From Nannocystales bacterium (GTDB lineage: Bacteria; Myxococcota_A; Polyangia; Nannocystales; Nannocystaceae), in contig JBOEGF010000047.1 in assembly GCA_050633305.1 (NCBI GenBank), forward strand, positions 54,514 to 118,513: a DNA stretch of 64,000 nt, written 5' to 3'. The notes below the pieces were generated by a model that was given only the letters and a program-made list of their open reading frames with translations, had not been told where the DNA came from and searched no databases. Below, one piece after another: positions 38,371 to 48,057 of the stretch. Each line of letters starts with the position of its first letter. The stretch's first letter is position 1. A program made the position numbers and the translations under genes.

Positions 38371-38800
38371 GCCGGGGCTTGATTCGAGCCAGGGTTCGCG
38401 GACCGACCCCCTTCACCTCGAGCAACGCCTCGGCGTCGGGGTATGGACGCCCTTGGACGATGCGTGTCGCGAGGACCGGGCCGATCCCCGGCAGGCTCTG
38501 CAGCTCGTCGGCATCGGCCTGATTGGGATCGACCTCGATGCCGAGCGCGGCAAGATCCTCGGCGGCCATCCGCCCGACCTCACACCCGTGGAGCGCATCC
38601 CCGGCCCGCAGCCGGTGCCCCTGACCACAGGCGTCTTCGAACGTCCGTTCCCCGGCGCAGACCAAACGCCCGTGAGCCGAGGCGACGGACTCGCAGACCG
38701 CCGAGCTTGCGTCCTGACGCGGCGCTGGGTTGAGACTCCACGCGATCCCCACGGCCCCGAGGACCGCGACAACCCACGGAAACCATCTAGGTTGGGGCAT
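38345..38800 (-). CDS. comEA: ComEA-family helix-hairpin-helix DNA-binding protein
   Basis: N-terminal TM; DPNQADADELQSLPGIGPVLA and LLEVKGVGP HhH motifs. Confidence 0.8.
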   Translation of the reverse strand: MPQPRWFPWVVAVLGAVGIAWSLNPAPRQDASSAVCESVASAHGRLVCAGERTFEDACGQGHRLRAGDALHGCEVGRMAAEDLAALGIEVDPNQADADELQSLPGIGPVLATRIVQGRPYPDAEALLEVKGVGPRTLARIKPRLSLPDREP

Positions 38801-40100
38801 CGAGCCCGAACGCCGAATGGAGGCTTCGGAGCGCGAGCTCTCCGTACCGTTCTTGGACGACGACCGACATCTTCAGCTCGGAGTTGCTGACCATCTGCAC
38901 GTTGATGTTTTCGGTGGCCAGGACCGAGAACACCCGCGCCGCAACCTCGGCATGCGAGCGCAGTCCAAGACCCACGACCGAGATCTTGGCGATGCTCCGG
39001 TCGGTTTCCAACGTGAGCGACTCGTCTCCGGGACGCAGGCGTTCGAGCACCTCGCTCGCGGCTTCGAGGTCCGCGTTGCCGACGGTGAACGTGATGTCCG
39101 TCCGATCGTTGCGGCTCGCGTTCTGCAGGATCATGTCGACCGACACCCCCGCGGCACCCAAAGCCCCAAACACCTCGGCGATGACCCCGGGGATGTCGGG
39201 CACGCCGACCAGAGTGACCTTGGCCTCGTCGCGTTGCAGTGCGACGCCGCTGACTTCGATGGCTTCCATGGCAGGGTCTGCTCTCTGTGTGCGGATGCGG
39301 GCGACTTCTTCGGGAGCGACGATCATCGTGCCCGGGCCGTCGTGGAGGCTCGAACGGACGTGCACACGCACGCCGTACTTCTTGGCGAAGGCGACCGAGC
39401 GAATCTGAAGCACCTTGGCGCCGAGCGAGGCGAGCTCGAGCATCTCGTCGTAGCTCATCGCGTGGACCTTCTGTGCCCGGGGCACAATGCGCGGGTCGGT
39501 CGTGTACACACCGTCGACATCGGTGAGGATTTCGCAGACATCGGCCTTCAGCGCCGCGGCCAGCGCGACTGCAGAGGTGTCCGAGCCTCCGCGCCCCAGC
39601 GTCGTGATGTCTCCGCGGTCGTCGATGCCTTGGAACCCAGCACACACGACCACCCGGCCCTGCGCGAGCTCAGCCCGAATCCGCTGCTCGGAAATGTCGG
39701 TGATCTTGGCGCGCGTGAAGCTGCGGTCGGTGTGCATGCCGAGCTGATGCCCCGCCAGGGACACGGCTCGACCGCCGCGAGCCGAGATCGCCATCGCCAA
39801 CAACGCCGCGGAGACCTTCTCCCCGGTGGCGACGAGCTGGTCGAGTTCCCGATCGTGCTCGGGGGACCGGCGTGCCGCCGTCACGTAGTCTCCTCGGCCC
39901 GGATCTGCGGAGACGTTGGACGAGTCTTGCACCAAGGCGTTCGCCATCGCGATGAGCCGATTGGTCTCCCCCTTCATGGCGGAGACGACGACGACCAACC
40001 CCTGATGGGCACGAGCCGTCGCCACGCACCGATCGGCGCATGCCCGGATCCGATCGAGGTCTGCAACCGAGGACCCTCCGTATTTCTGCAGTACGAGCAT
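38787..40100 (-). CDS. lysC: Aspartate kinase
   Basis: QKYGGSS, VVVSAM, TTLGRGGSDTSA and DVDGVYTTDP motifs; two ACT domains. Confidence 0.95.
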   Translation of the reverse strand: MLVLQKYGGSSVADLDRIRACADRCVATARAHQGLVVVVSAMKGETNRLIAMANALVQDSSNVSADPGRGDYVTAARRSPEHDRELDQLVATGEKVSAALLAMAISARGGRAVSLAGHQLGMHTDRSFTRAKITDISEQRIRAELAQGRVVVCAGFQGIDDRGDITTLGRGGSDTSAVALAAALKADVCEILTDVDGVYTTDPRIVPRAQKVHAMSYDEMLELASLGAKVLQIRSVAFAKKYGVRVHVRSSLHDGPGTMIVAPEEVARIRTQRADPAMEAIEVSGVALQRDEAKVTLVGVPDIPGVIAEVFGALGAAGVSVDMILQNASRNDRTDITFTVGNADLEAASEVLERLRPGDESLTLETDRSIAKISVVGLGLRSHAEVAARVFSVLATENINVQMVSNSELKMSVVVQERYGELALRSLHSAFGLDAPT

Positions 40101-40163
40101 CGTGTGCGCGAGCAGGCTACCCCGCTTGGGGTCGGCCACAGTCCGGCTGTGTTGCAGAAAAAG

Positions 40164-40406
40164 TCATCCGTCGGACCCACTGCCGAACAGCCGCAGCTGA
40201 TCGAGAAGGGCGGCGGGCAGTGGCTTGCGAGCCTGGGCACGCAGCCACTCCTCGAGCAGAACCTCGATGCCCCCACGACAGCTTCCGCAGCCTGTCCCAG
40301 CTTCGCAGCGCTCGCCGATCTCATCGACCGTATGCGCCCCCGCCCGGATGGCCCGTTTGATCTCGGCCTCGGTCACGTTGAGGCACTGACACAGCACTCG
40401 ACTCAT
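40164..40406 (-). CDS. BFD-like [2Fe-2S] protein
   Basis: LCQCLNV...AGTGCGSC motif; SD GGAG. Confidence 0.85.
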   Translation of the reverse strand: MSRVLCQCLNVTEAEIKRAIRAGAHTVDEIGERCEAGTGCGSCRGGIEVLLEEWLRAQARKPLPAALLDQLRLFGSGSDG

Positions 40407-40427
40407 CGGATGCTCTCCACAGTAGCG

Positions 40428-43007
40428 CTATCCAGCGTCGGCGGCCCGTGCAACGGCGTCGCCGCCCCTCCGGGCGAGTTCACGCACCACCTCTGGATGC
40501 GCTGAGAGGCCAGGATCCCGCTCCAAGAGGCCCCCGGCGGCCTCGCGTGCGGCGACGAGCAGCTTGGTCCCCTCGCCGGCAAATCCGGTGAACCGCAGAC
40601 GCGGCGCCCCCGCCTGGCGAGTCCCGAACACCTCGCCGGGGCCGCGGAACTCGAGATCCCGCTCGGCGACCGCGAAGCCATCCCCGGTCTCGGTGAGGAC
40701 GCCGATGCGTTTCGCGGCGTCCGACTGTGGGCCGCCCGAGGCGTGCAACAAGCAGAACGACTTTCCGCCGCCCCGCCCCACCCGTCCACGCAGCTGGTGA
40801 AGTTGGGCCAGCCCGAACCGTTCGGCATGCTCGATCGCCATGACGGTAGCGGCTGGGACATCGACGCCCACTTCGATGACGGTCGTCGCCACCAGAACCC
40901 GCGCGTCCCCTTCTCGAAACCGAGACATCACCGATTCTTTGTCTTTGGACGACATGCGCCCGTGCACCACGACGATCTCGGTCTGTGGGATCTGGCTGCG
41001 CAGCTCAGCCGCGGTGGCCTCCACGTCCGTCGCCTCGAGCGCGTCACTGGCCTCGACCAACGGACACACCACGAACACCTGACGGTCCTGGCCGACCGCC
41101 TTGGCCACCGCGCGGCGCAGCGCTCCCAGCCCGCGTTTCCCGGTGTAGAGCTTCGTGAGCGTCGGCTCTCGTCCCGGCGGCATCTCATCGATCACCGAGA
41201 CATCCAGCTGACCGTAGGCGCACAACGCCATCGTCCGAGGGATGGGTGTCGCGGTCATGACGAGCAAGTGTGGCTGATCGCCTTTGTGCCTCAGGATTGC
41301 GCGCTGTTCGACCCCGAAGCGGTGCTGCTCGTCCACGACGACCAGGCCCAGATCGGAGAAGTGCACATCGTCGGTCAACAACGCGTGCGTCCCGACCAGC
41401 AGGTCGATCTTGCCGCTGGCCAGCAACGCCATCTTGCTCGTTCGTTCGGCTCGCGGCGTGGACCCGGTAAGCTTGTCGATCCGTAGACCTGCAGCCTCGC
41501 ACCATGGCCTCAACGTGCGCAGGTGTTGGTCCGCCAGGACCTCGGTCGGAGCCATCAACGCGGTTTGAGACCCCCGCGTTGCGGCGGCCATCGCCAGGCA
41601 AAACGCGACCGCGGTCTTGCCCGACCCCACGTCCCCTTGAAGCAACCGCATCATGGGCTGGCCCGAGGCCATGTCCGCGACCAACTCGTCCAAGACCCGC
41701 CACTGTGCGCCAGTTGGTTCGAAGGGCAGCGCCGCACGGACCATCTCGGGATCCAGCGAGCCCTCGAGCAGGGTCAAGGACGCCGCGAGCGATCTGTGCT
41801 GGGCCCTCTCGCGGAGCAGCGCCAGCTGAAAGAAGAAGAACTCGTCGAACGCGAGGCGGCGGTGCGCTTCGGAGGCTCCTCGCACCAGGGCGTCGACAAC
41901 CTCTTCATCGGCATCGTCGTCCGGAAGGTGGAGCTGACGCAGCGCGTCGAGTTGCCCGGGCAACCCCGCTTCGGAGGCGATGTCGGCTGGGAGTGCGTCG
42001 ACGAACCCGGGCACATCGCCCAACCCTTTGACCGCCGCTCGCACGACTTTGGCCAACGTCCGTGGCGCCACGCCTTCCACGCTCGGGTACCGCACGCCAA
42101 TGGCGGGTCCGGGATCGCTGGGGTCGCGCAGCTCGGGATGCGCGAGCGAAAGCTGGCCCTTGTACCAACGCGCTGGGCCAACGGCGAGAACAGTGCCGCC
42201 GGCCCACTTCTCCAGGCCCCCCATCCGATGGAACCAACGCGCGAGGACGGTGTGCTCCGTCCCGTCGTCGTCCATCACACGGATCTCGACGGAGGCTAGG
42301 AACCGACCGCGCGCGAACCCCTGACGGATGCTACCCACCTCGCCTTCGATCACCGCGACCTCGCCGTCTTCGATCGAATCGACCGGCTTTCGGTGGCGGC
42401 GATCGTCGTAGCCGGAGGGCAACACGTAGGCGAGGTCGACCACCGACTCCAAGCCGCGCGCCTCGAGCTTCTTTGCAGTGGCCGGACCGACACCCGACAG
42501 CGAATCGATGCGAGGAAACACCGGGTCGAGCGACGGAGCCTCGGCCGGAGCCTCCGACTTTGTCTTCGTTTTCGACTTCGTCGTCGTCTTTGGTGACGAC
42601 GCTCCGCGCGGCTTGCGTCCGCGGGTCCGTGTCACCTTGGCCTCCGGTTCCGATGTTTTTTGTCGCCGCGGCTTGGGGGCGACCTCGGGAGGGGGACGGG
42701 ATGCAGCGCCGAGCCTCATGCCACGCGCGACGAGGACCGAGCGGTCTTGTCGGCCGAGGCGTTCGAAGCCATCCAGGCGCGCCCTCCAGCGACGGATCTC
42801 AGTCGGCACGTCGGGGAGCGTTCCGATCCAACTGTCTGCTTGGGACAGGACGCGTTCCGCGAGGCCCGGCTCGGCAATGCCAGCGAAGCCGTCCACCATC
42901 GCGTTGCGGAGCGAGGCGTGCAACGTCGCCCAAGCCTCTGCTTGGGACGGGTTGGTCGAGGTGCCCACGGTGGACGCAGGTTGGCCCACCCGAGGGGGCC
43001 TTGGCAA
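40428..43007 (-). CDS. recG: ATP-dependent DNA helicase RecG with N-terminal extension
   Basis: QGDVGSGKT, VDEQHRFG, MTATPIPRT, QLHQLRGRVGRG and RGPGE motifs; start uncertain. Confidence 0.93.
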   Translation of the reverse strand: MPRPPRVGQPASTVGTSTNPSQAEAWATLHASLRNAMVDGFAGIAEPGLAERVLSQADSWIGTLPDVPTEIRRWRARLDGFERLGRQDRSVLVARGMRLGAASRPPPEVAPKPRRQKTSEPEAKVTRTRGRKPRGASSPKTTTKSKTKTKSEAPAEAPSLDPVFPRIDSLSGVGPATAKKLEARGLESVVDLAYVLPSGYDDRRHRKPVDSIEDGEVAVIEGEVGSIRQGFARGRFLASVEIRVMDDDGTEHTVLARWFHRMGGLEKWAGGTVLAVGPARWYKGQLSLAHPELRDPSDPGPAIGVRYPSVEGVAPRTLAKVVRAAVKGLGDVPGFVDALPADIASEAGLPGQLDALRQLHLPDDDADEEVVDALVRGASEAHRRLAFDEFFFFQLALLRERAQHRSLAASLTLLEGSLDPEMVRAALPFEPTGAQWRVLDELVADMASGQPMMRLLQGDVGSGKTAVAFCLAMAAATRGSQTALMAPTEVLADQHLRTLRPWCEAAGLRIDKLTGSTPRAERTSKMALLASGKIDLLVGTHALLTDDVHFSDLGLVVVDEQHRFGVEQRAILRHKGDQPHLLVMTATPIPRTMALCAYGQLDVSVIDEMPPGREPTLTKLYTGKRGLGALRRAVAKAVGQDRQVFVVCPLVEASDALEATDVEATAAELRSQIPQTEIVVVHGRMSSKDKESVMSRFREGDARVLVATTVIEVGVDVPAATVMAIEHAERFGLAQLHQLRGRVGRGGGKSFCLLHASGGPQSDAAKRIGVLTETGDGFAVAERDLEFRGPGEVFGTRQAGAPRLRFTGFAGEGTKLLVAAREAAGGLLERDPGLSAHPEVVRELARRGGDAVARAADAG

Positions 43008-43080
43008 CGCATCCTCTGATCGTGATCACCCCCGTGATCGTGCTCGCCCGCGCCCGGTCGGCCCGGGTTTCGGCCGAAGC

Positions 43081-43689
43081 CTACGAGGGCGGGATGAACG
43101 AGAAGCGGATCTCGTGGTCACACAGGCGGTAGGACGTGCCCTCTTGAATCAAGTGATTGTCCACGCGCTGACCGTGGAACTCGACCCCGTTCGTGCTCTC
43201 GAGGTCCTTGATGTAGTACTGGCCGTTTCGACGAACGACGGCGCAGTGGCGACGCGAAATGTTTGCGTCTTTTATGGGCAGGTCGGAGTACTTGGAGCCG
43301 CGGCCGATGACGAACTGGTCTTGGTCGACCTCGTACACTTGACCGTCGTAGTACAGGTACAGCGGTCGCGCTGGCGCGGCAGCGGGTGTCGCCGGGGGTG
43401 GGCGTCTCGGTGCGGCGGGGCGGCCTCCCGGTGGCGGGAGACCAGCAGGCGGTCGTGGCCGAGCCCCGTTGGCCCCGGCGCCGCCCGATGGCCGCGGTTG
43501 AGGAGGCTTGGGACGGGTGGGAGCCGGAGGTGCGGCCGACGGAGACTCCGTCGTCTTCTTCCGGCTGAACAACTGCACGAGAGCGGCCTGCACCACGTCA
43601 TCGGTGGACATGCCGCGTCGCTGGGCAAGCGCCTCGACGCGAGCCCACACGTCGTCCCTACACTGAAACTCCCGCAGCGATTTTCCCAT
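43081..43689 (-). CDS. Ribbon-helix-helix-like domain, Pro-rich linker, FHA domain
   Basis: REFQCRDDVWARVEALAQRRGMSTDDVVQAAL; FHA IGRG...ISRRH...DLESTNG; start ATG 43689. Confidence 0.8.
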   Translation of the reverse strand: MGKSLREFQCRDDVWARVEALAQRRGMSTDDVVQAALVQLFSRKKTTESPSAAPPAPTRPKPPQPRPSGGAGANGARPRPPAGLPPPGGRPAAPRRPPPATPAAAPARPLYLYYDGQVYEVDQDQFVIGRGSKYSDLPIKDANISRRHCAVVRRNGQYYIKDLESTNGVEFHGQRVDNHLIQEGTSYRLCDHEIRFSFIPPS

Positions 43690-43868
43690 GGTGGGTCTCG
43701 AACATAGGGCCGACAGCGCGACCCCTGCCCATCCTAGGTTCTTGCTCGCGCTCGGGTCAACTGCGTGAGGATTCAGGTAGGCGTCACACTGCTGGGACGT
43801 CGAGCCGTCCGCGGACAGGCGCTCGACCCATCCGAGCACCGATGGGGCTATGCTCCCGCGGCCGACCG

Positions 43869-45491
43869 ATGGCTACCGCGCTCCCCCACCGATCGCTGCG
43901 CCGCTGGACCGCGCGCGGCTGTGCCCTCGTGGCCGGCCTTGCCGCGTGGGGCCCAGCGACGGGTGCCGAAGCTGCACCTGGGCAAGCGATCCGTCTTGGG
44001 GGCGTGGAGGCACAAGGACCCGCGACCCGCGCAGTCACCGCGATCCATCACAACCCGGCGATGCTCGGGGCACTTGGCGGAACAGCCGTACAGCTGAGCG
44101 GAAACATCGGGTTCGAGCAGCTACGGACCCGGCGCTACGGGATCGACGCGAGCACCGGAGCCCCCAACGGCAGCCTCGAGGCCCCCGTCTCGGTAGCAAA
44201 CCCGGCGGCCGGATACTTCGTCGGCGCCAGCGTGTTCTTCGATCCGATCGCACTCGGGGTCGGGGTCTACGATCTCGGCACGCGCTTCCGCATCGCCAGC
44301 GCCGATCCGCTCCGCTTCCAACTCGCGCCGGACCCCGAGCGGTGCGCCTCGCTCGGACTGTCGACCTGCCCACCCGATGGGGGCGCAGCGCGGGTCCGCC
44401 AGGACATCTCCCTCGCCCTCGCATTCACCCGAGGCGCGCTGAACTTCGGGGTCGCTGTGCACCTTCCCCGTCTACGGGAACGGTTCGCGTTCGACAACGA
44501 CACGGAATTGACCCCGGCGCCCGAGGAGATCACCACCGCGCGATGCGAGGACAAAGAAGACCCAATCTGCGCGGAGCGGGTCGGCTTCAAGGGGTGGAAC
44601 CGTTGGATCCCGCGAACCGGTGGGGTGCCTGGACTCGACGCCGCGGTGACCGTCGGGTTTGCGATTCAGCTTCGGAACGACACGCTCACACTCGGGGCCC
44701 GCTACCGCACGTTCCCCTTGCGTCGTTCCGGCGAGATCGCACTCGATGGGGTCAGCTTGGTCTGCCGGCCCTCGGTCGAGCTCGCCAACGGCGCCGGACA
44801 GGACGTTGTGCCGCCGTGCTCGGTCGCGGATCCCGTGCGCGCGAGTCTCCGTGAACGCCTCCCCCAAGAGGTTGCACTGGGAGCATCCTTCGTCCTGGGT
44901 CGTTCCCGGCTTTGGCGTCTGGATACCAATCTCTACTGGATGGACCTGTGTCCCGGCGGAGTCCGCCCCGGTTCCTGCGGAGGCCGCGATGGCCAAACCC
45001 TGCGCCTGGTCGGGCTGGACCGCAACAGCTTCGTTCCCCCTGAGTTTGTCCGCTACCGCGGAGCCCAAGACCTTTATGGGTTGGAGCTGCACGCCTCGTA
45101 CCGGGTGCGCTCGAACATCGCACTGCTGATGCAGTCGGCGGTGTCTTCTCCCTCCGTTCGGCGCGGTGCTCAAACCGCAGCCAACGGCGAAGGGTGGCGG
45201 GCGGGTCTCGGTGGCGGAGCCCGCATTCGCGTCGGCTCCAACAATGTCCTGCTCTCCCCGGGCTACGCGTTCGACCTCCTGATGCCGCGCAATGTGACCG
45301 CGGACCGAGCCGCGCTCGACCCCACCGCCGCAACCGATTTTGCCGCTTCGGGCGGAGACCTCAACGCGCAGGGCGCAGACGCGTTCTTGGATGGGCGCGC
45401 ACGGCCCACCAACGCGGCCCGCTACTTCGGCCAGCTTCACGTCCTGACCCTGACCCTGAGCTGGGGAGAAGCACCCAGGGTGCTGGAATGA
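43869..45491 (+). CDS. Outer-membrane protein, FadL/OmpP1-like barrel
   Basis: Signal peptide; AIHHNPAML resembles the FadL NPA hatch motif; amphipathic strands ending LTLTLSW. Confidence 0.6.
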   Translation: MATALPHRSLRRWTARGCALVAGLAAWGPATGAEAAPGQAIRLGGVEAQGPATRAVTAIHHNPAMLGALGGTAVQLSGNIGFEQLRTRRYGIDASTGAPNGSLEAPVSVANPAAGYFVGASVFFDPIALGVGVYDLGTRFRIASADPLRFQLAPDPERCASLGLSTCPPDGGAARVRQDISLALAFTRGALNFGVAVHLPRLRERFAFDNDTELTPAPEEITTARCEDKEDPICAERVGFKGWNRWIPRTGGVPGLDAAVTVGFAIQLRNDTLTLGARYRTFPLRRSGEIALDGVSLVCRPSVELANGAGQDVVPPCSVADPVRASLRERLPQEVALGASFVLGRSRLWRLDTNLYWMDLCPGGVRPGSCGGRDGQTLRLVGLDRNSFVPPEFVRYRGAQDLYGLELHASYRVRSNIALLMQSAVSSPSVRRGAQTAANGEGWRAGLGGGARIRVGSNNVLLSPGYAFDLLMPRNVTADRAALDPTAATDFAASGGDLNAQGADAFLDGRARPTNAARYFGQLHVLTLTLSWGEAPRVLE

Positions 45492-45533
45492 CGACACGCG
45501 GGCGCGGACGCCCTGGCTTGATACACTGCAACG

Positions 45534-47723
45534 GTGCTTCGAAGGCCCGCGCTCGCCCTGCTGATCCCGCTGCTCTCGATGGCGCCGGCCGCATGCAAAA
45601 CCTCTGCGACCACCGGGTCAGAGCGACCTGCACCGCCTGAGTCGGTCGCCAGCCTCGACGATTTCCAAAACGCCTACAACGCCTACGTGCTCGTCCCCGA
45701 AGGGACACCTCGGCGGGCGGACTACCGCGGCGTGCTTCTACCGTTCCTCTTCGAGTATCTCGATCAAGCGATCGAGGCGAAGGACACCGAGGAAGCCATG
45801 AGCGCGCTGCAGTACACAGTGTCGCTGTTCACCCCGGTCGAGCTGCGGGCCTCGGGTCCGAAACCGGGGCTGGCGCGCCGCGCGGACGCTGTGTACAGCC
45901 TCGTCGCAAAACGCAGCGCCGAAGAACCGGCATTGCTGTGCCTGGCGGTCGCGGAGCATTTCGGCGATCCCGCCATGCGCAAGGACGCCACCGAGAACTG
46001 GAGGCTCATCGAGCGCTGGCTCGTCGACAACGGCCCCTATGCCGCCGACCCGCTTCTGCGCGAAGAGAGTCTGGAGCGCACCCTCGAGCAGGTTTCCTCC
46101 CTATTTCCCTCCCCGTTCGTGGTCAAGCAGCTCGAGGCGCTCTACGTCGCGCGATACGAGGTCGCCAAGTCCACCGGCGACAGTCGCACCGTCTCCAGCA
46201 CGGTGGCGATGCGTCGGCAGCAGATCACAGGCTACCTCCTGCTCCGCCTCCACCTGCGCGCGGACGACCTCGAACACGCGGTCGCCAGCCTGGAACATGT
46301 CGATGTCGAGGTCCCGGTCGCGACGCTCGGAGAGATGACGCAAGAAGCGTTGCAGACCCGCCGCTCCGCCGCCCCCCTTCTCACGCTCGCCGACCAGTTC
46401 GCCCCGGAGCCGGAGGCTGACCCCAACGACCCCTACGTCACCCAGGGCTGGGGCATCGTGGACAACCTCTCCCGGCGGGCCGTCCGCGCTCACCCCGAGG
46501 ATGCCTACGCCCATCTGATGCGGGCGCGTGCGCTGTCGAATGCCGGCCTGCGGGAAGCCGCCGTCGTGCACCTACGCTGGTCGATCGACCGCAAAGAGGA
46601 CGTCTTCGACGCCTGGCAGGCCCTTGCCCAGCTTCAGCAGGATGTCCTCGCCGACCAGGCAGACCGCGACCCCCAGCGCGCGTTGGGCATGTTGACCGAC
46701 GTCGAGGCGATGCACGCCCGTGCGACCGAGCTGTGGCAGGACCGGCCCGTGCAGCCCGGACTCCCGGAGGCTTTCTACACAGTCGCCGAGGGCCTGTACC
46801 AAAGCGGTGATGTCGCCGAGGCCACCAAGCTCCTCCAACGCGGCATCGCCATCGAGCCTGCACCGTCGTCCCTCGACCTGCTGGGCACGATCGCCCTCAA
46901 GCGCGATGAGCTGACCGCCGCCCGCAGCCACTACAAGGACCTCGAAGACCTCCCCTACGCCGACGAGCTCTCTCAGCTGCTCTGGGAAGCGCGTGCTCGC
47001 CAACAGCTCGGAGAGATCGAACTCCGCGACGGCGACGGCGCGGCCGCGACCAAGCACGTACGGGTGGCGCTACGCCACAACAACGACCTGCTGGCTCGCG
47101 CCGCTGCCAGTCCCCGCGCGCGGTCCGAACGATACGTCGAACGGGGAAAGCTCCTGTTCACGCTCGGCGATCTTCGAGCCGCGATGACCGACTTTCGCAA
47201 GGCAGCCGAGCTGAACCCCGGTGGGGTCAAGGTGTATGCCGACCCGCTGCGGCTGATGGTCGCGCACGGCTACTACGAGGAGGCGACCGAGGTCTTCCGG
47301 CGCGCCATGGCCCAGGGCTCCCTTTCAGACAACCTCAAGCTGTACTTCAGCCTGTGGGTCCGCGAGCTCGCCCTCCGGCAGGGACAAGGCAGCCCGAGCG
47401 AAGCCGACGCATTTCTCGCCGAGTACGCGGGAACCAAGTGGGGCGAAGCCCTCTCTAGTCACGCGCGCGGCACGATCGGGTTTGAGGCGCTGCTCGAGGC
47501 GGCCGCCAACCGCGGTGAGCGGGCCGAGGCCTACTTCTACGAGGGGCTGCAGCGCTGGGGTTCGGGCAACGCCAAAGGCGGGGCGGACCTCATGAGCAAG
47601 GTCGTCGACAGCCAGATGATGGGGTTCTTCGAGTTCGACATGGCGCAGCGATACCTCCGGTGGGGAGGCCCGCCTCGAGCAGCGCGAGTCCCCCTGCCCG
47701 CGCAGCTCTCGCAGCAGCCCTGA
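45534..47723 (+). CDS. TPR-repeat lipoprotein
   Basis: Lipobox-like PAAC; multiple TPRs; NlpI-like C-terminus EAYFYEG. Confidence 0.75.
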   Translation: MLRRPALALLIPLLSMAPAACKTSATTGSERPAPPESVASLDDFQNAYNAYVLVPEGTPRRADYRGVLLPFLFEYLDQAIEAKDTEEAMSALQYTVSLFTPVELRASGPKPGLARRADAVYSLVAKRSAEEPALLCLAVAEHFGDPAMRKDATENWRLIERWLVDNGPYAADPLLREESLERTLEQVSSLFPSPFVVKQLEALYVARYEVAKSTGDSRTVSSTVAMRRQQITGYLLLRLHLRADDLEHAVASLEHVDVEVPVATLGEMTQEALQTRRSAAPLLTLADQFAPEPEADPNDPYVTQGWGIVDNLSRRAVRAHPEDAYAHLMRARALSNAGLREAAVVHLRWSIDRKEDVFDAWQALAQLQQDVLADQADRDPQRALGMLTDVEAMHARATELWQDRPVQPGLPEAFYTVAEGLYQSGDVAEATKLLQRGIAIEPAPSSLDLLGTIALKRDELTAARSHYKDLEDLPYADELSQLLWEARARQQLGEIELRDGDGAAATKHVRVALRHNNDLLARAAASPRARSERYVERGKLLFTLGDLRAAMTDFRKAAELNPGGVKVYADPLRLMVAHGYYEEATEVFRRAMAQGSLSDNLKLYFSLWVRELALRQGQGSPSEADAFLAEYAGTKWGEALSSHARGTIGFEALLEAAANRGERAEAYFYEGLQRWGSGNAKGGADLMSKVVDSQMMGFFEFDMAQRYLRWGGPPRAARVPLPAQLSQQP

Positions 47724-47784
47724 GCCGGCGAGATCTCGGTGGGGCCTGAGCGCCTCGCCGGGCCGGGTCCGATACCGGCACATG

Positions 47785-47820
47785 AAGAAGCCGCCTCCGA
47801 CGTTTCGGAGACGGCTTCTT
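47785..47820. terminator. Bidirectional intrinsic terminator
   Basis: AAGAAGCCGCCTCCGA-CGTT-TCGGAGACGGCTTCTT hairpin between the TPR gene and the tRNA. Confidence 0.75.
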
Positions 47821-47833
47821 TGATTTCGTTCGT

Positions 47834-47908
47834 TGGAGGCCTGGGCCGGATTCGAACCGGCGAATGGAGCTTTTGCAGAGCTCTGCCTTACCACTTGGCC
47901 ACCAGGCC
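47834..47908 (-). tRNA. tRNA-Cys (GCA)
   Basis: GGCCTGG acceptor stem, D-loop TGGTAA, anticodon arm GAGCT-CTGCAAA-AGCTC, GGTTCGAATCC, encoded CCA. Confidence 0.97.
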
Positions 47909-48057
47909 GATGGTGGGCGCAGTGTCTACCACGCGTAGATCGAGGTGGCAACGAAAAGCGACGGCCCCGACTCAATGTCGAAAACCGCCGCTTGGTGGAG
48001 CCTGACCGCAACGCCCACCACTGAAGACGGGTGAAGGCGCGGAGGACGGGCCGGGGC

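Noticed and set aside
47834..47908. tRNA-Cys as an integration site for an island or prophage
   Set aside because: No integrase, no duplicated tRNA 3' end seen, and flanking genes look native
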